A DNA stretch of 63,679 nt, filler included. It is 4 parts of 4 records of this genome, joined end to end, with 100 filler letters (N's around TTAATTAATTAA, not from the genome) between each part and the next. Parts side by side here need not be neighbours in the genome. Positions count along the whole stretch, not along the records: positions 8,208 to 27,428 come from DRR378314_1782; positions 27,529 to 55,190 come from DRR378314_1785; 2 more parts are not named here. One strand, 5' to 3'. This document shows positions 21,813 through 32,398 of the stretch, piece by piece. Position 1 is the stretch's first letter, and each line of letters starts with the position of its first letter. The notes beneath the pieces are model-generated. The model searched no databases, was not told where the DNA came from, and saw nothing but the letters and a program-made list of their open reading frames with translations. The position numbers were made by a program, and so were the translations under genes.

Positions 21813-22859
21813 ATGATAACCCGAAGGAGGGCTTTTTTGCAGGAGAACATTATTATCGCTGATAAGCGCCCGTCTACCCAGATTTACGCGTCATGGCAGC
21901 GGCAGCTTTCCCAAGCGATTCGCGACCCAGCCACTTTGTGCAAGCGCTTAAACTTGGACGACAGCTGGCTACCTGGTGCTTCTACTGGGCACCAGCTGTT
22001 TGAGATCTGTGTTCCCGACGCCTATCTTACGCGCATTGCCCCCAACGACCCCAATGACCCTCTGCTCCGCCAAGTACTGCCGGTAAGCGATGAAGCCTCA
22101 ACACCGCAAGGTTACGTCACCGACCCGCTAGAAGAAGCAGAGCATCAGCCTGTTAAGGGGCTCATTCATAAGTACGCTGGCCGCGTGCTGTTAATTGCCA
22201 GCCCCGCTTGTGCAATCAACTGCCGCTACTGCTTCCGGCGCCATTTTCCCTACAGTGACAACTCTCCTTCCAGAGCGCAGTGGCAGGAAGCACTGGATTA
22301 CCTACGCGCTGACACCACCCTTCATGAAGCGATTCTTTCTGGCGGTGACCCGTTGGCCGCCAACGATCGCCAACTGGCATGGCTGGTGGAGCAGCTTGAA
22401 AATATTCCGCATCTCAAGCGGCTGCGCATTCATACACGTCTACCCGTAGTGATCCCCGACCGGGTTGATGATGCCCTTCTTGGCTGGCTAGCGGCGACAC
22501 GCTTGCAAAAAGTCATGGTACTGCATATTAACCACGCCAATGAGATTGACCAAGCGGTCATTGATGCCTGCACACGCTTAAAGCAAGCGGGTGTGACGCT
22601 GCTCAACCAAAGCGTGTTACTACGCGGAATTAACGATAGCGTCAGCACCTTGGCTACTCTGTCCGAACGCCTGTTTGAAGCGGGAGTGTTGCCCTACTAT
22701 TTGCATGTGGTCGACCCTGTACAAGGTGCCGCCCATTTTGACGTCCCCGATGAGGAAGCCAAAACACTGGTTAAGCAGTTACTTGAACACTTGCCAGGTT
22801 TCTTAATGCCACGCTTAGTTCGCGAGGTACCTGGCAAGACTAGCAAGACGCCGCTGTAG
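21813..22859 (+). CDS. epmB: EF-P beta-lysylation lysine 2,3-aminomutase (radical SAM)
   Basis: CAINCRYCFRRHFPY, SGGDPL, NQSVLLRG; divergent from efp. Confidence 0.96.
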   Translation: MITRRRAFLQENIIIADKRPSTQIYASWQRQLSQAIRDPATLCKRLNLDDSWLPGASTGHQLFEICVPDAYLTRIAPNDPNDPLLRQVLPVSDEASTPQGYVTDPLEEAEHQPVKGLIHKYAGRVLLIASPACAINCRYCFRRHFPYSDNSPSRAQWQEALDYLRADTTLHEAILSGGDPLAANDRQLAWLVEQLENIPHLKRLRIHTRLPVVIPDRVDDALLGWLAATRLQKVMVLHINHANEIDQAVIDACTRLKQAGVTLLNQSVLLRGINDSVSTLATLSERLFEAGVLPYYLHVVDPVQGAAHFDVPDEEAKTLVKQLLEHLPGFLMPRLVREVPGKTSKTPL

Positions 22860-22904
22860 TTCCCATAACCATGCTAGTAGCTGTCATCACCACATTAGCT
22901 AACG

Positions 22905-22928
22905 ATAAGGAGGCCAACGCCTCCTTAT
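22905..22928. terminator. Bidirectional hairpin between convergent epmB and leuA
   Basis: ATAAGGAGGC-CAAC-GCCTCCTTAT. Confidence 0.7.
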
Positions 22929-22960
22929 AGGTCTGCTAGCGATCACTTTCAACCGAGTAT

Positions 22961-24667
22961 TTACCCTAACGTCTCTGCAGTCACATTGGCAGCCGGCGCT
23001 TGGGTGGAGTGATGACGGTTAATGGCGCTGAGCACACCTTTCATCGACGCGCTGGTGATGCTTTCGTCGCTGCCGACACCAAACACTGCTTTACCATCAA
23101 TACGCACCTCAACATAGGCGATTGCTTCGGCATCGGCCCCTTGTCCGCGGGAGTGCTCATGGTAATCAATTATTTCCACCTCCTGACCGCTGGCCACCAG
23201 CGCTTTCACAAACGCGGCCAAGGGGCCGTTGCCCTCACCAGTTAGCGTTTGGCGTTCACCTCCGCTTTCCAGTATCGCTTCAAGCGCAACTTTTGGGCTT
23301 TCTGGCTCAGAGGAAAGGCGATGACTTATCAGCGCCAGCGGCGAATGCTGCTCCAGGTACTCATCAGCAAACGCTTGGTAAATCATTTGTGAGGTAATTT
23401 CGCGCCCAGTGCGGTCAGCGACTTCTTGCACGACTTGGCTAAACTCGATCGACAGTCTGCGCGGCAGCTCAATGCCGTGCTCCTGTTCCAGCAGATAGGA
23501 AATACCACCTTTTCCAGACTGACTGTTAACGCGAATTACGGCTTCATAGCTACGCCCCACATCCAGCGGGTCGATAGGTAAATAGGGCACATCCCAAGGC
23601 GCCTCAGGATGCGCACGACGATCTGCCATGCCTTTTTTAATCGCATCCTGATGCGAGCCTGAAAACGCGGTAAATACTAAATCACCAACGTAGGGATGGC
23701 GTGGGTGGACGGGTAACTGATTGCAGTACTCGACCTCGCGCATAATGGGCGTAATGTTGGAGAAGTCCAGGTTCGGGTGAACGCCTTGAGTATAAAGGTT
23801 CATTGCAAGCGTCACGATATCCACGTTCCCAGTACGCTCGCCATTGCCAAACAGCGTACCTTCCACCCGGTCAGCACCGGCCATTAGCGTCAATTCTGCC
23901 GCCGCCACGCCAGTACCGCGGTCATTATGCGGGTGTACACTGACAATCAGCGTGTCGCGCTTTTTAACATGGCGACAGAACCACTCAATTTGATCAGCAT
24001 AGTTATTGGGTGTTGCGACTTCTACGGTGGCCGGTAAGTTAACGATCATCCGGTTATCAATGCTAGGCCCGAAGGTATCCATTACCGCTTCGACAATTTC
24101 CACCGCAAAGTCCATCTCCGTGGTGGTGAATAGTTCAGGCGAGTACTGGAAGGTCCAGTGAGTGTCTGGATTAGCGGCCATTAAATCGCGGATTTGCGCC
24201 GTGGCATCAACGGCGATCTGCACGCACTCTGTTTTATCTACATTAAACACTACCCGCCGAAACATCGGGTCGGTGGCATTGTAGACGTGCACAATGGCGT
24301 TTTTAGCGCCTTTAAGGGCTTCGAACGTGCGTTCAATTAAATGTGGACGCGCCTGGGTCAGCACTTGAATCGTCACATCATCTGGAATTTTATCCTGCTC
24401 AATCAACGAACGGACAAAGTCGAAGTCAGTTTGTGATGCCGATGGGAAGCCCACCTCAATCTCTTTAAAACCAACGTTCAGCAGTAGATCGAACAAACGC
24501 TGTTTGCGCTCTTGATCCATGGGGTCGATTAACGACTGGTTGCCATCACGCAAATCTACACTGCACCAAATCGGGGGCATGTCGATACGCTGGCTAGGCC
24601 AGAGGCGATCAGGCAATTCAACGGCCACGAAGGGGCGATATTTTTTAGAGGGATCGGACAACATCAT
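22961..24667 (-). CDS. leuA: 2-isopropylmalate synthase (LeuA type 2)
   Basis: [45 protein letters not shown] before ATG 24667. Confidence 0.96.
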   Translation of the reverse strand: MMLSDPSKKYRPFVAVELPDRLWPSQRIDMPPIWCSVDLRDGNQSLIDPMDQERKQRLFDLLLNVGFKEIEVGFPSASQTDFDFVRSLIEQDKIPDDVTIQVLTQARPHLIERTFEALKGAKNAIVHVYNATDPMFRRVVFNVDKTECVQIAVDATAQIRDLMAANPDTHWTFQYSPELFTTTEMDFAVEIVEAVMDTFGPSIDNRMIVNLPATVEVATPNNYADQIEWFCRHVKKRDTLIVSVHPHNDRGTGVAAAELTLMAGADRVEGTLFGNGERTGNVDIVTLAMNLYTQGVHPNLDFSNITPIMREVEYCNQLPVHPRHPYVGDLVFTAFSGSHQDAIKKGMADRRAHPEAPWDVPYLPIDPLDVGRSYEAVIRVNSQSGKGGISYLLEQEHGIELPRRLSIEFSQVVQEVADRTGREITSQMIYQAFADEYLEQHSPLALISHRLSSEPESPKVALEAILESGGERQTLTGEGNGPLAAFVKALVASGQEVEIIDYHEHSRGQGADAEAIAYVEVRIDGKAVFGVGSDESITSASMKGVLSAINRHHSTQAPAANVTAETLG

Positions 24668-24683
24668 GACGTCGCTCCTGTCG

Positions 24684-25568
24684 TTACTCTGTTTTTGGCA
24701 ACCCTGTTTTAGGTTGGTCGGTTTGGTCACTTGAAGTTGATGGGGTGCCTTTATGGGCCATGGCAGCCTCCATACGATCAAGCTGCGCTTTTAACGTATG
24801 CACGTCGCTACGCAACGCTTGAAGCTGAGCAGAATCTCCCTCACCGCTATCCAACTCCATCTGCGCACTCTCCTTTTGCATCACATCGAGCACGATACCA
24901 ATCATCATATTGAGGAAAATAAACGCGGTAAGGAATATAAACGTCAAATAATAGATCCAACTCCAAGCATAGACCTCTTGGGTGGCATACATAACGTCAG
25001 TCCAATCTTCAAACGTAGCGATGCGAAACAGCGTGAGCATCGCTACGGAAATGTTACCCCATAAAAAGTCGTCAACGTTATGGAATAAAAAACTACCCAG
25101 AGCAGCATAGATATAAAAGATGATAAACATCAGCAGTACGACATAGCCCATCCGGGGGACCGACTTCACCAACGCTCCCAGCAACATTTGTAGTTCAGGA
25201 ATCATCGACACCAAGCGCAAAACACGGAAAATTCGCAGCAAGCGTGCCAGCAATACCATCTCCGAGTCGTCCATGGGGATCAGGCTAGCGGTCACTATCA
25301 GAAAATCGAAAACATTCCAACCTTTCTTAAAAAAGCTGACTAAGTTGCGCTCGGCTGCCATTCTGATCAAAATCTCAATCAGAAAGAACACGGTTACGGC
25401 AATATCAAGGTAAAGCAGCCACTGCTCTATTCGGGAGGTTTCCTCATAGGTTTTCGCGCCTATTACCAAGGCAGAAATCACAATGATGGAAATCACGGCG
25501 CCTTCAAACAGCTTGTTCGAGCGCAGCTTTTCGAAGCGGGCTTGCCAGGTATTGAATGGTTCACTCAT
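24684..25568 (-). CDS. Bacterial voltage-gated cation channel (BacNav-like ion transporter)
   Basis: S2-S3 GWNVFDF, S4 [13 protein letters not shown], filter TFEDWTD, S6 [12 protein letters not shown]-terminal coiled coil. Confidence 0.9.
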   Translation of the reverse strand: MSEPFNTWQARFEKLRSNKLFEGAVISIIVISALVIGAKTYEETSRIEQWLLYLDIAVTVFFLIEILIRMAAERNLVSFFKKGWNVFDFLIVTASLIPMDDSEMVLLARLLRIFRVLRLVSMIPELQMLLGALVKSVPRMGYVVLLMFIIFYIYAALGSFLFHNVDDFLWGNISVAMLTLFRIATFEDWTDVMYATQEVYAWSWIYYLTFIFLTAFIFLNMMIGIVLDVMQKESAQMELDSGEGDSAQLQALRSDVHTLKAQLDRMEAAMAHKGTPSTSSDQTDQPKTGLPKTE

Positions 25569-25727
25569 GGAACAGGGAGTCTCTAAACGGTTAACGGCAT
25601 CACTTTATACTAAAATCACGTACTTACTATACAAGTGATATCCTGTTGTTTCACTTGAAGTATCTCCGCCACCCAGGTAGCGATTGCCACCTTGGTGTTT
25701 CACGATTTTTTTGCGCTGGATAAGCCC

Positions 25728-27428
25728 ATGACACTGCTGTGGATAGCCTTACTGCCCCTGTTAGGCGTGCTGGTGCCGGCATTAAATGCCAAGCGCGGCC
25801 GCACCCTGTGCTCGCTGGCGACAAGCATACTGCCCGCTGTTGCCCTGCTGCTGACACTGTTGCAGATCCCCGCCCTGTTAAAAGGTGAAGCGCTGCGTTT
25901 TAACGCGGCATGGATGCCTGAGCTAGGCCTTGAGCTGGCATTCCGTTTAGATGGCCTGTCGTTGCTGTTTAATCTTTTGATTATTGGCATCGGTCTGCTG
26001 ATTCTTTTGTATGCACATTTTTACCTAGATAAAGAGGAGCCATTCGGACGTTTTTATGCCTTTCTGATGCTGTTTATGGCATCGATGGTGGGCATTTCGA
26101 TGTCAGACAACCTCATCTTACTCTGGTTATTCTGGGAACTAACCAGCCTTTCGTCATTTTTGCTGATTGGCTTTTGGTCGTACCGTACTGATGCCCGTAA
26201 AGGTGCCCGCATGGCGCTTACCGTTACCGGTGCTGGCGGTTTGGCCCTGCTAGCGGGTCTCCTACTGCTGGGTGACATGGCCGGCAGCTATCGAATGGAC
26301 GATGTACTTAGCAGCGGCGCTGCCATCGTCGCCGATCCTCGCTATCCGCTGATGCTTGGACTAGTTCTACTCGGTGCATTTACCAAATCGGCTCAGTTTC
26401 CCTTCCAGTTTTGGCTACCTCATGCCATGGCGGCCCCAACGCCAGTCTCAGCGTATCTGCACTCTGCCACCATGGTGAAAGCGGGTATTTTTCTGATGGC
26501 ACGTTTACATCCGGCGATTGCTGGCAGCGAGCTTTGGAGCGTAGTGGTGCCGCTCATAGGTACTATCACGCTGCTCTACGGCGCTTGGTTTGCCCTGTTT
26601 AAGACCGACCTAAAAGGAATTTTGGCGTTTTCAACCGTCAGCCACCTAGGCTTGATCACCGTATTATTGGGTATTGGTAGCCCAATGGCAGTGTTAGCAG
26701 CTCTGTTTCATATTTTGAATCATGCGGCCTTCAAAGCGGCCCTATTTATGAGCGCAGGAATTATCGACCATGAAACGGGCACCCGAGAGCTCAAGCAATT
26801 AGGCGGCCTGAAAAAGGCGATGCCGGTTACAGCGCTGTTGACCACATTGGCCGCCGCAGCCATGGCAGGTGTGCCGTTACTTAACGGATTCCTCTCCAAA
26901 GAGATGTTCTTTACCGAAACACTAGCCACCCCGGTACTAGGCGGACTTAGTTGGTTACTACCGGCATTGGCAGCGTTAGGTGGCATGCTTTCAGTGGCTT
27001 ATTCATTGCGTTTGGTACATGCGGTATTTTATAAACCAGCCAAAGAAGCAACACCTAAAGCGCCTCACGAACCACCTCATTTAATGCGCCTGCCCGTGGA
27101 AATCCTAGTGGCCCTATGTGTCTTGGTCGGACTCTTTCCAGCCTTTTTTGCCACCGGCATTTTACAACTGGCGACCCAAGCCGTATTGGGCGAGCCGCTT
27201 GATTTCCATTTAGCTATTTGGCACGGCATCAACTTACCATTGATGATGAGTGGGCTGGCCTTTGTTGTGGGCATCACGCTCTACTGGCGCCATAAGAATC
27301 TACGCCGCTTTGTGCAATCATTCCCCAGTATTGATGCGCGCCGCATCTTTGAGCGCTTTATCGTCACTCTGGGTTATCGTGCCGAACAGCTTATTACCAA
27401 GCTTGAAGGAAACTCGCTTCAGCGCTAT
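25728..27428 (+). CDS. Monovalent cation/H+ antiporter subunit A (MrpA/PhaA), cut by the contig end
   Basis: FWELTSLSSFLLIGFW, FTKSAQFPFQFWLPHAMAAPTPVSAYLHSATMVKAG, NHAAFKAALF. Confidence 0.95.
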
Positions 27429-27528
27429 NNNNNNNNNNNNNNNNNNNNNNNNNNNNNNNNNNNNNNNNNNNNTTAATTAATTAANNNNNNNNNNNNNNNN
27501 NNNNNNNNNNNNNNNNNNNNNNNNNNNN
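27429..27528. other. Artificial contig linker
   Basis: N-run, TTAATTAATTAA, N-run; 100 bp. Confidence 0.99.
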
Positions 27529-27529
27529 G

Positions 27530-28264
27530 CTCTATGAAAAGAACGGCACCGTGTCGAATACCAACCGTCAGGTGCAGCGCGTGCGCCCTGCTGTTACACC
27601 TCCGGGTGAGGCGCGTGAGGATTGGAAGATCACTGTCGAACTGGCGCAGCGTATCGGGTTGAATTGGGATTACACGGATGTATCTCAGGTGTTCAACGAG
27701 ATGAAGCTGACGATGGAGTCACTTGACAACATCACGTGGGAGCGTCTTGAAACCGAGACGATCACATACCCGTCTTTATCCGAAACGGATCCGGGCCAGT
27801 CTATCGTGTTCGGAGATGGTTTCCCGCGTACGGATGGCAGGGCGAAATTCACCCCGGCCAGTGTCATCCCGCCGGATGAGGCGCCGGATGACGAATATCC
27901 GATGATCGCCACCACGGGTCGTCAGTTAGAGCATTGGCACACAGGTTCGATGACCCGCCGTGCGACTGTTCTGGATGCTGTTGAGCCTGAGGCGAACTGT
28001 TCCATGAATCCCCGAACGCTCAAGCTGATGGGGATCGAGCCGGGTGAGATGATCCGGCTGACCACACGCCGCGGTTCGATCAAAATCATGGTGCGGGCCG
28101 ACCGGGCGATTGCCGAAGATATGGTGTTCATCCCGTTCGCCTATGTCGAGGCGGCGGCGAACATCCTGACCAACTCGGCCATCGATCCTTATGGCAAAAT
28201 TCCCGAATTCAAGTTTTCGGCCATTCGGGTCGACAAGATCGACGACGCCATCGCGGCGGAATAA
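27530..28264 (+). CDS. Formate dehydrogenase alpha subunit, 3' part
   Basis: YEKNGTVSNTNRQVQ, TTGRQLEHWHTGSMTRR, EAAANILT, GKIPEFKFSA (molybdopterin dinucleotide-binding domain). Confidence 0.92.
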   Translation, partial: LYEKNGTVSNTNRQVQRVRPAVTPPGEAREDWKITVELAQRIGLNWDYTDVSQVFNEMKLTMESLDNITWERLETETITYPSLSETDPGQSIVFGDGFPRTDGRAKFTPASVIPPDEAPDDEYPMIATTGRQLEHWHTGSMTRRATVLDAVEPEANCSMNPRTLKLMGIEPGEMIRLTTRRGSIKIMVRADRAIAEDMVFIPFAYVEAAANILTNSAIDPYGKIPEFKFSAIRVDKIDDAIAAE

Positions 28265-28282
28265 GCCGATTACATCGGAAAC

Positions 28283-28311
28283 AGGGCGGTTCTTTGGAAC
28301 CGCCCTTTTTT
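28283..28311 (+). terminator. Intrinsic terminator after the formate dehydrogenase gene
   Basis: AGGGCGGTTC-TTTG-GAACCGCCCT followed by TTTTT. Confidence 0.88.
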
Positions 28312-28315
28312 CTGA

Positions 28316-31300
28316 TCAATAATCCCGTTCGAAGAAGATACCCAGGCCCGTTTCACCCCGGCCATCGACGGTGCCGCGAACCGTGAAACTGTCCGTTACG
28401 TCGAGGTTCAGATTCACTTCGGTGTCACCTTCGGTGTTAACGGTGAAATCGGTGTAGAGATTGTCACTTAAGTAAGCCCCCGCGCCAAGGCTGCCCCCGC
28501 CGCCTTCAGTTGCGCCCAGATCGACGGTATCAAGACCCGTGGCCTCGCGTACGCCCTTGGTTGCGTCCCCGCCCGCGCCGCTAAGCTGGGCAAGAGAGGC
28601 CGCCATTTGGGCGATAACGAAAGGCGATAACTCGGAGAAACGGTTGCCAAATAAAAGCATGGCCAGCGCTTCTTCGGTTGGGCGTTCCGGGTCAGAGAAC
28701 ACGTTGACCTCGGGCGAATCCAATGGTCCTGCAATCTCGATTGTTGCAGTACCGTCCGAGGTGCTGGAGGAAGATTCGAATTCGATATAGGGGGTCAGGT
28801 CGCCTTGAAGGGTAACCAGACCTTTGGTCAGGGCAAGGCGTCGACCCAGAATATCGATGTTGCCTCGGATAAGTTCGATCTGGCCCGATGGAACGACGGA
28901 TGTCGTAGAGCCGCCGATCTGTATGCGACCGCCCAATTCGGCATTCACACCGCGCCCGCGCACAAAGACAGCCTTGGGCGCAAGCAGGCCGATATCCAAT
29001 GACATGCGGGAGTTGCTTTTGGCTTTGTCTTCGGTTTCGACCAGATTGGCCCGTTCCCGCGTAACGAAACCGGCACGGCTTTCATTGAGATGGTCGATCG
29101 TGGGGATCGGGGCCGCACCGACCGCACCTGCAGCGGCGGCGAGGTTGATATTGGTTTCGCCAAAATTGATCTGCCCGGCCAACGCGCTGTTTCCAGCCAA
29201 AGCTCCGGTCAGGGCGATCTGACCATTCAATGTGGTTTCGTACAGCAGCTTATCGGTCAGCACGAGATTGTTGAGCGCCGTGGTGATCTGCGCATTGAAA
29301 GGCGGGGTCAGATCGATCGGGCCGTTGACGGTGAAGCCTCCACCAGCACGCAAACCGCCCTGCAATGCAATCGTGGCGCGGCTTTGAGCGATGTTAACCG
29401 AGCCTCCGATGTCGGTGATGGTCTGTCCCACCTCTGGCAGCGCCATCGATGCGCCTGATGTCGATATCGATCCGCTGAGCGCGTTCAACGCGGGTGCCCC
29501 TTTTAGGGCAAGATCAAAGCGGGCCGTGCCCGCCAGATTGTTGGGTGAGATAAAGGTGTTGGCGATGCCGATATTGACGCCACCTTGCATCTTCAGGTCC
29601 GCCTGGCCGCTGCTTTCGTCAAAAGTACCAGCGACAGTTGTATTGATCTGGGCGGGGCCGTCTGCTTTGGCATCAATTGTCCACGTACCAGCGTCGCGTC
29701 GCGCGGTTCCGCTGGCCGAGACGGTCCCTGGGAAATCCGGAACCAAGCGTTCAAGTTTGTTCAGGCGGGCCTCAAATTCGAGATCGGCGATACCACTGGT
29801 CTCAACGGATCCGCTAAGATTTGCGTAGGAGCTGTCAGGGCCCTGCAAGCGGGCATTGCCTTCCAATCCAGATGCGGTTGGGGCGACATTTCCATCCAGT
29901 TTGAGGGGTCCGGAAAGTGTAGAGGAAAGACGCCCGATGTCGTCCAGCATGGCCGAGAAATCAAGGCCGCCAGCATCGCGGTCCAGTCGCCCCGATGCAT
30001 CTGCCGTCAGTGCGGTTCCCTGCAAACGGAATGTGCGGATATTCAGCCCCTGATCATCATTGGCCGCATCCACATCAAACGTGGTTCTTCCCTGCACCAG
30101 TGCATCGACAGCCTGGATGCCTGTTCCAAGGTCATCTGCGCTCAGCTTGCCAATGATATCGAATGTCTTGCTTGCTTGTGCCGCGCGGCCGGTAATATCT
30201 GCATTGATCGATCCGGCCAGATCGCGCCCTGCGAGGCCTGAGAATAAAGACAGGTCGGGCGCGTTCACCTTGGCGCTTCCATCCACGGCGATGTTGCCGG
30301 TCGGGTCATCAATGGTTGCGCCGATCTCGGCAGTCAGGGCTGCGTTTTTGATTGTCGCACTTCGGATGGTAATCTGATCACCCGAATGCGCGCCGTCCAG
30401 ATTGATCGATGTCCGGCCTTTCAGCAACGGATCAAATTCGCTCATGCCAGTCTGGATATTTGTACCGATCACACTGGCTTGACCGTCGAACTCGAGCGTT
30501 TGCACAGTGCCTTTGCCATCCAGCCGGGCCTGCAAAGTTCCGGCCAGATCCCGTTTGGCGATACCGGAAAAAACTGCCAGATCGGGGGCGTTGACGCTGG
30601 CCTGACCGTCAATTGTCAGATTGCCATTGGGGGTTGTGACTGTGCCGCTGGCTTGCGCGCTCAGCGCGTCGCCGTCGATGGTGAACGCGCGAATGGACAG
30701 ACCATCGGTGCCGCGTTCGGCGTCCAGCACGATCTCGGTCTCGCCAGTAATCAACGGATCGATGTCATCGCGCCCGGTTACCAGATCGCGCCCGTTCACT
30801 GTGACCTTGCCGTCAAAGCTGCGCTCCAGCGGTGAGCCCTTGCCCTTGATCTGGATCGAGGCTGCGCCGCCAAGTTGAAGCTGGGCCAGATCAGAAAACC
30901 GCGACAGGTCCGTTGCCTGCAGTAGGGCCGAGCCATCAACCTGCAAACCGCTTGCAAGCCCACTGATAAGCGCATCGGCATCAAGGGTGTAATCGCTGCC
31001 AACCACTTCGAAGTCGTTCAGTTGCAATGACTGGTCGCTGCCATAGTCGAACTTTCCATCCAGCGTGATCTGATCACCGACGGCTGCGTTCAATGCCGTG
31101 TCCGTCAGATCGATACCATCCAGTACGGCCTGCAGATCACCACCGATCGACAATCCATCAGTCTGATCCAGCGTGCCTTGCCCGCTGATCCGGGCATGAT
31201 CAAGATTCAGGTTGGGGGTCTCAACTTTGTTGGTTGTCAGGTTCAGGTCCCAGAGATTGCCATTCGCGGTATTGTACAAGGCCGAAATCTGCGCCGCACC

Positions 31301-32398
31301 GATGGCCGTATCGCCACCGCTGACGGGAAGAACAACTTTGTCACCATCCGGTGGCGTGATGCGGCCTTGCAGGGCGACCAGTTCCAACACACCGCCCGAG
31401 GCAAGGCTCACCTCGCTCTTAAGCTCCAGCGCTTCTGAGGTCAGTTCGATATCCGAAATATCCAGCGCACCGTCAGGATAGGTTCGCCCGTCGACGTAAA
31501 TCCGTGTGTCAGTGCCAAAGAACGTGTCCATCTCTTTGGCTAGAAACGGCGTCAGATCACCTCCGACATCTGCGGTAAAGGCGATGCCGTCTGATGCGGT
31601 GCCATTTTCTTCGGCGGTGCGCAGCCGGACCTGGCCGGACACCCGAATCTGCTGATCACTACTCAACCCGATATCCGCATTGAAATCCGTTACCGGGCCT
31701 GAGCCTTTTGCCGTCAGCTCAATTGGGGGGGCATCCGGTATGGACAAGGCCGTTGCGATCAACCCACCCGAGGCCTCGGCGACAGTCAGATCCAGATCAA
31801 TCTGGCGACTGTTGTTTTGAAATCCTGCTTTAAGGTCAATCGTGTCCCCCGCGCGATCCAGCCGGTCGATATCCAGCAAAGTATCCAGCGCGCCGTCGGC
31901 CAATGACAGATTGCCGTTCACGGCAAGGTTGGCGGTGACGCCGATCAGGGGCTCACCCAGCGACAGGTCATCGATCCGGAGCTCTCCGATTTCGATGGAA
32001 ACTGGAAGCTCAGGCAGCTGAAAAGGTTGGGTTTCGGCTGAAGGTGGCGGCGTATCCTTGGTTGTTGTGCCCGGCGCGCGGGCGATGTCGATTTCCTGCG
32101 CGGACAATGTATTGACCGAGAACCGACCACGCAGCAGCGCCAGCCTGTTCCAATCCAGCTCGGCATTCTTGACGGTAAGCCAGACGCCTTCGTCATCGGC
32201 GACGGTGATTTCTTGAATCGTTGCACGCGAACTCAGGGCACCTTCGAGACCGATCACCCGGACATTCTGATCATCGCCAGACAAGGTATCTTGCAGGAAC
32301 TGTTCGATCATGCTGCCGCCCTCGTCCTGAGCGGTTGCTGCGACGGGCAAAGTGATCGCCGCTGAACTCAGCAATAGGGGATATATAATGCGACGCAT
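28316..32398 (-). CDS. tamB: Translocation and assembly module TamB
   Basis: Long Gly/Asp-rich beta protein; C-terminal TamB domain (VFVRGRGVNAELGG, GAYLSDNLY, GIFFERDY); TGATG-coupled to tamA. Confidence 0.92.
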   Translation of the reverse strand: MRRIIYPLLLSSAAITLPVAATAQDEGGSMIEQFLQDTLSGDDQNVRVIGLEGALSSRATIQEITVADDEGVWLTVKNAELDWNRLALLRGRFSVNTLSAQEIDIARAPGTTTKDTPPPSAETQPFQLPELPVSIEIGELRIDDLSLGEPLIGVTANLAVNGNLSLADGALDTLLDIDRLDRAGDTIDLKAGFQNNSRQIDLDLTVAEASGGLIATALSIPDAPPIELTAKGSGPVTDFNADIGLSSDQQIRVSGQVRLRTAEENGTASDGIAFTADVGGDLTPFLAKEMDTFFGTDTRIYVDGRTYPDGALDISDIELTSEALELKSEVSLASGGVLELVALQGRITPPDGDKVVLPVSGGDTAIGAAQISALYNTANGNLWDLNLTTNKVETPNLNLDHARISGQGTLDQTDGLSIGGDLQAVLDGIDLTDTALNAAVGDQITLDGKFDYGSDQSLQLNDFEVVGSDYTLDADALISGLASGLQVDGSALLQATDLSRFSDLAQLQLGGAASIQIKGKGSPLERSFDGKVTVNGRDLVTGRDDIDPLITGETEIVLDAERGTDGLSIRAFTIDGDALSAQASGTVTTPNGNLTIDGQASVNAPDLAVFSGIAKRDLAGTLQARLDGKGTVQTLEFDGQASVIGTNIQTGMSEFDPLLKGRTSINLDGAHSGDQITIRSATIKNAALTAEIGATIDDPTGNIAVDGSAKVNAPDLSLFSGLAGRDLAGSINADITGRAAQASKTFDIIGKLSADDLGTGIQAVDALVQGRTTFDVDAANDDQGLNIRTFRLQGTALTADASGRLDRDAGGLDFSAMLDDIGRLSSTLSGPLKLDGNVAPTASGLEGNARLQGPDSSYANLSGSVETSGIADLEFEARLNKLERLVPDFPGTVSASGTARRDAGTWTIDAKADGPAQINTTVAGTFDESSGQADLKMQGGVNIGIANTFISPNNLAGTARFDLALKGAPALNALSGSISTSGASMALPEVGQTITDIGGSVNIAQSRATIALQGGLRAGGGFTVNGPIDLTPPFNAQITTALNNLVLTDKLLYETTLNGQIALTGALAGNSALAGQINFGETNINLAAAAGAVGAAPIPTIDHLNESRAGFVTRERANLVETEDKAKSNSRMSLDIGLLAPKAVFVRGRGVNAELGGRIQIGGSTTSVVPSGQIELIRGNIDILGRRLALTKGLVTLQGDLTPYIEFESSSSTSDGTATIEIAGPLDSPEVNVFSDPERPTEEALAMLLFGNRFSELSPFVIAQMAASLAQLSGAGGDATKGVREATGLDTVDLGATEGGGGSLGAGAYLSDNLYTDFTVNTEGDTEVNLNLDVTDSFTVRGTVDGRGETGLGIFFERDY

